Origin: the human T2T-CHM13v2.0 reference genome, Homo sapiens | Assembly (NCBI RefSeq): GCF_009914755.1 | Contig: NC_060930.1 | Reading direction: 5' to 3' (one strand) | Length of the DNA stretch: 64,000 nucleotides | Shown: positions 58,211 through 64,000 of the stretch, piece after piece | Position numbering within the stretch: position 1 is the stretch's first letter | How the letters are laid out: each line of letters opens with the position of its first letter | Notes under the pieces: generated by a model | Databases searched by the model: none | What the model was told of the DNA's origin: nothing | What the model saw: only the letters and a program-made list of their open reading frames with translations | Program-made: the position numbers and the translations under genes

Positions 58211-59877
58211 AGTTCATTCATTGTTCAGCAAATATTTAGCAATCAAATAATTGAGTACACAGGTTCTTCCCTTCTACATTTGTCTGTTCTCTGATTATTG
58301 GACAATATTACTTCTTCAGGATATTCCTTTTGGGGGGATGTGTAAATATCTTGGCTTCTTACCACATTAGTTTGGTTTTTGAAAATAAAAATGAAAACTT
58401 TAATATACAAAGAAAAAAATCATAATTTTAAGCCTCTATTAAATAAATGGAACTGTTGACATGTAAGAAAATTAAAAATTAATCTTTGCATTAATGGTAT
58501 ATTTTACAGGAAGCAAATGATCTAGATGCATTTATATAGAAGAATCACATTCTTTTCACTACTGTAGTTATCATGAGTGTTTACATTTCATTAAATATCT
58601 TGAGATATATGTGAAGATCTGAAAAATAAAGTAAGTAGGATACTTTTTAATTCAGTCATTATTTTAAAAACAAATGCTAATCAGATATATTAGCTAAATA
58701 CAGATGGTTATTTGATTTAATTCACCGTTAAAAACCTATTTTAGGACAGCAGTGTGATCCTACTACGCATCTATTAGAATGGCTAAGGTACAAAAAATTG
58801 ACAGTACCAAATGCTGACAAGGATGTGAAGCAACAGGAACTCTTATTCAGTGTCGTGGGGAATGGCCAGTTTGGAAGCCAATTTGATTGTTTTTTAAAAA
58901 AGAAAAACAGTTTTGCCATCTGACCCAGTGACTGTGCTACTGAATATTTACCCAGTTGATCTGAAAACGCTCACACAAAATCCTGTACACAAATATTTAT
59001 AATAGCTTTATGCATAATCTCCAAAAATAGAAGCAACTAAGAGGCTTTTCCATGGGTGAAGAGTAAACCCATAAATTCATAAAATGCAGTATTATTCACT
59101 GATAAAAAGAGATCAGGGAGCAACTCACGAAAGACATATGTGAACCTTAAATGCATGTTGCTAAGTGAAATAAGCCGGTCTGAAAAGGCTACATACAGTA
59201 TGATGCTAACTATATGACATTCTGGCAAAGGCAAAGGTAAAAAGATCAGTGGTTGCCAGAGGTTTGTGGGTAGAGAAGAGAGGCTGACTATGCAAAGAGG
59301 AGGTTTCTTTTAAGGCAGTGAAAATATTCTGTGTGACATTATAATAATACATACATAACACTCTGCATTTGGCAAAATCCATAGAACATTATAACATAAA
59401 GGATGAACTTTATTGTATTTTTTTAAAAAATCATTTAAGAGGTTAGGGGAAACCGCAGGATGGAATGCAGAATGTAACGAAACAATCTAACTCTATTACA
59501 AATGTATGAAACAACCTCACTGAAGTTGGGGAGCAAGGAGAAGGAGGTGCTGCCTTCAGTAGCAATAGAAAAAACATAGTTTCTGTAAAGCTAAAGGCAA
59601 AAGGAACGGTATATAAATACTATACTGTAGTTGAAAAAGTGATTTCCAACAAGCATAAAAGTTAACAATTCTGATACAATTATCTACATACACTAGAATT
59701 CAATGATTGTGTAAATGAATGGTGAATGATGACAGCCAGATTTTTTAAATTTGGAGTGGTAATTTGCAGATAACCAAAGAAAGGAGACTGAATAATTATT
59801 TTGCAATGGATTAAAATTGGAATTATATTTAATTTAATATAGTTACATAGAGAAATATCTATAGATATGTGTATATA

Positions 59878-61203
59878 TGAGGGGACTAAAAAGTTTATGC
59901 AAAATGTGTATTACAAAAAAACTATGCATGGATTTCAAAAATTTTTTGCATCAAATAAACTCATCCTAACATGTTAATATGTTTGAACAGGATCTACTTT
60001 GATGAACTAGGAAGGAGAAAACATTAGCTTGAAAGGAGCCACTATTAAAGCAACATTAATTCTGCTAAAATTGAAGCAAGAACTAACATCAAATTTATGT
60101 TGAAGCTTGGGTGGAAGAATGATGAAATCATTGATGCTTTTAAGAAATGCTTATGGGGAAAATGGTCCCAAAGAAATCAGCAGTTTACAAAAAAATAACT
60201 TGCTTGAAAAAGGGATGAGACATGAAACCCATAGCAGCAAACCACCCACATCAATTTGCGAGGAAAAAAACTCATCTTTTTCATACCCTTATTGAAGAAG
60301 ACCAATGATTGGCAGCATAGACAATAGGCAATACTATAGACATCACAGTTAGTTCAGCTTACACAATTCTGTTGGCAAAAAAATTAAATTGGGCAAACTT
60401 TCTACTTGATGGGTGCCAAAACCATTGCACCAAATTAGTTGCAGGGAAAAGCAAAGCTTTCAATTGAAATTTTAAACAAGTAGGATCAGGATCCTAAAGC
60501 ATGTCTGTAGGATCAAGATCCTAAAGCATTTCTTTAGGATCAAAAATTAAATTCAAAAATTGTAACAGGAGATAAAACATGGCTTTACCAGTACAATCCT
60601 GAAGACAAAGCACAATCAAAGCAATGGCTACTAAGAGGTGGAAATGGTCCAGTCAAAGCAAAAGCAGACCAGGCAAGAGCAAAGGTTATGACAACAGTTT
60701 TGAGGATATGCAAGGCATTTTGCTTGTTGACATTCTAGAGGAGCAAAGAACAATAACATCTGCATATTATAAGAGTATTTTGACAAAGTTAGCCAAAGCT
60801 TTAGCAGAAAAATTCCCAGTAAACCTTTACCAGAGTCCTTCTCCACCATGACAATGCTCCTGCTCATTCCTCTCGCCAAAAAAGGGCAAGTTTGAGAGAG
60901 TTTCAACGGGAAATCATTAGGCATCCACCTTACAGTACTATTTGGCTCCTTGTAACTTCTTTTTGTTTCCTAATATTAAAAAGTTACTAAAGGACACCCA
61001 TTTTTCTTCAGTTAATAAAGTAAAAAATACTGTATTGACTGGTTAAATTCCCAGGACTCTCAGTTCTTAAAGGATAGACTAAACAGCTGGTATCATCACT
61101 TACAAAAGCATCTTGAACCTGATGAAGCTTACATTGGAAAATAAAGTTTGCAGTTTTTATGTTTATAATTTCATTATTCCAAGAACTTTTTGAAGTCCCC
61201 TCA
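59878..61203 (+). mobile_element. Near full-length HSMAR2 mariner transposon with decayed transposase
   Basis: TIRs tgaggggact(-)aaaaagtttatg / aagaactttttgaagtcccctca; about 1.3 kb; mariner motifs WVPKPL (~60409), TGDKTWLY, LHHDNAPAH, HPPYS..LAP..FFLFP. Confidence 0.93.
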
Positions 61204-62044
61204 CATATGGGGTTGCCTACACACAAAATTCATTGCTCTGTCAGCTGAGAATACCTAGAAGCAATAACATTTCAGTAGCAATGAGCACACCTAGTGCCCA
61301 GATCTTGTTTCTAAAACTGTTTTCCAATAAAAGGACTCAGTGTTTCTTTGAGAAGTGACTGATGCTGAAACTGAAGTGTAAATTATACAAGATAAGCCTA
61401 GAGCATCTTATAGTGCCAGAAAGTAAGACCATGCTCAAAACAAATATCGGTTAATTTAAAAATTTAAAACTTCCTTGATGGGGGTATGTCAAAGGGACAC
61501 AAAAGAAAACTAAAAGAAATGGCCAACCTCCCAATGACAAATGACAAAAATAAATGAACAAATTTGAGCAACACAATAAAGTTGTATTGAACTATAACTC
61601 AAAGTATAAAATAAGTACCCGTTATTCCATATGATAAAAAGTAAATTATTGAATAAGTAGATAAATAAATAAATGGGGGAGAAGAGACAAATCTCCCATG
61701 AAGAATAAATCCAAATAATTTATGTAGATGTTCTGCATTCAAGCAGAGGAGCATAACTCCCACTCCATAAGCATAGGCTCCACATAGTGACTTTTTCCCA
61801 AAGAGTACAGTGTGGAGCAAGGTTTTAAAAAAACTAACTTTATAGTGGAGAAAACTGAAAAATGGTACATCAGCCAGGTGACCAGGTCAATATCAACCAT
61901 GATAAACTGTGCAGGTAGTATGTACACTTAAGATGAGAATGGCACTTTGCTTCTGTAGTCTTCCACCCAAAATTTGTAACTCCAGTCTAATTATGAGAAA
62001 AATTAAAAAAAGAAAAAAAAGAAAGGAAAAGAAAAAAAAATCCA

Positions 62045-62378
<334 letters not shown>

Positions 62379-62820
62379 TCAAAACTGTCAAAATCATCAA
62401 TAACAAGAGAAATCTGAGAAACTGTCTCAGCCAAGAGGAGCCTAAGGAGACTTAACTACTAAATGTAATGTAGTATCCTGGATGGCATCCTATAACAGAA
62501 AAATGGCATTAAGTAAAGCCTAAGAGATCTAAATAAATTATGGACTTTGATTAATAATCATGTATTGATATTGGCACATTGTAGCAAATATACCATACTA
62601 GTGTAAGATGTTGATAATAGGGAAACTGGGTACAGGGTTAAGGGACTCTACATACTATCTTTGCAATTTATCTGCAAATCTAAAACTGATCTAAAAATGA
62701 GGTTTATATTTTAAAATTCTCATTTTACAGTAAAAAAATACTGAAGCATTTACATGTGAAAAAAAAACATGATATCTTGGATTCACTTAAAACATATTTA
62801 TTAAAAAAAGTGTGGGTGTA

Positions 62821-63090
62821 TGTGGTGATTAATTTCATGTGTCATCTTGACTGAATCATGAGGTGTCCAGACATGTGGTAAAACATTATTCTGGATATGT
62901 CTGTGAGGGTGTGACTAGATGAGATTAACATTTGAACCAGTAGACTGAGCAAAGCCAGTTGCCCTCTCTCAGTGTGAGCCTAACCCAATCAATTGAAGTC
63001 CTAAATAGAACAGAAAGGCTGAGCAAGAGGAAACACCTCCCACATGACTGCTTGAACTACTACATAGGTTTTTTCCTACCTTTGGACTCT
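62821..63090 (+). mobile_element. MLT2D-like LTR, 5' portion
   Basis: tgtggtgattaatttcatgtgtcatcttgactg...gtgtccagacatgtggtaaaacattattctggatatgtctgtgagggtg. Confidence 0.85.
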
Positions 63091-63235
63091 TAATTATGAA
63101 CCAAAGGGCAATAAAAAGAAAATAAAAGAAACACAGAGAAAGTCACCAGCACTGATTTCTACAAAGCAGAGATTCACATTATTAGGTAACTGCAATCTGG
63201 CCACAGACAAGCTGGTATAAAAATGCCTCACCTCA

Positions 63236-64000
63236 GCAGCAGCCCCAGTCAGGGGCTTATAGATAAAACTCCCAACTCCCTGGGACAGAGCACCTGGGGG
63301 AAGGGGCAGCTGTGGGCATAGCTTCAGCAGACTTAAACGTTCTTGCCTGCCAGCTCTGAAGAGAGTAGCAGATCTCCCAGCACAGTGCTCGAGATCCGCT
63401 AAGGGACAGACTGCCCCTCATGTGGGTCCCTAACTCCCATGCCTCCTGACTGGGAGACACCTCCCAGCAAGAGTCGACAGACTTCATACAGGAGAGCTCA
63501 CCTGGTGTCTGGCGGGTGCCCCTCTGGGATGAAGCTTCCAGAGGAGAGGGCAGGCAGCAAACTTTCCTGTTCTGCAGCCTCTGCTGGTGATACCTGGGCA
63601 AACAGGGTCTGGAGTAGACCTCCAGCAAACTCCAGTAGACCTGCAGCAGAGGGACCTGAATGTTAGAAGGAAAACTAACAAGCAGAAAGCAATAGCATCA
63701 ACATCCACAGAACGACGCCCACACAAAAACACCATCAGAAGGTCACCAACATCAAAGACCAAAGGTAGATAAATCCACAAAGATGAGGGAAAATCCAGCA
63801 CAAAAAGTGGAAAATTCCAAAAACCGAATGCCTCTTCTCCTCCAAAGGATCACAGTTCCTCACCAGCAAGGGAACAAAACTGGATGGAGAATGAGTTTCA
63901 CAAATTGACAGAAGTAGGCTTCGAAGGGGGGTAATAACAAACTCCTTCCAGCTAAAGGAGCATGTTCTAACCCAATGCCAGGAAGCTAAGAACATGGGTA
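63236..64000 (+). mobile_element. LINE-1 (L1PA7/8-like), partial 5' UTR and start of a frameshifted ORF1; continues beyond the window
   Basis: cagcagccccagtcaggggcttatagataaaactccc...tctggagtagacctccagcaaactcc...aggtagataaatccacaaagATG at 63783. Confidence 0.92.

Overview
Primate (very probably human or other ape; an AluY-type element is present) AT-rich, gene-poor intergenic or deep intronic DNA made up mostly of interspersed repeats. I found no convincing host exon, RNA gene or intact CDS. The long ORFs in the track are decayed L1 ORF1/ORF2, THE1-internal, Alu, mariner or microsatellite read-throughs. Recognisable elements: several L1PA/L1PB/L1M copies (one with a classic twin-priming 5' inversion), two complete THE1 proviruses, MST/MLT1/MLT2 LTRs, eight Alu/FLAM copies, MIR/L2 relics, MER3/MER5A/MER58/Tigger3a, a near full-length HSMAR2 mariner, and a Charlie7-like hAT transposon stretched over ~9 kb by nested insertions. 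Subfamily names come from recalled consensus features, not from a search. I see no novel gene system. The most unusual signal is a set of locally templated copy events that repeat annotation does not explain: a 299-bp inverted copy of nearby DNA inside an MLT2A LTR (276/299 identical, no gaps), a perfect 72-bp copy of an old L1 3' end pasted 1.8 kb away into an L2, 150 bp of THE1 internal sequence inserted in only one THE1 LTR, and two fold-back palindromes.
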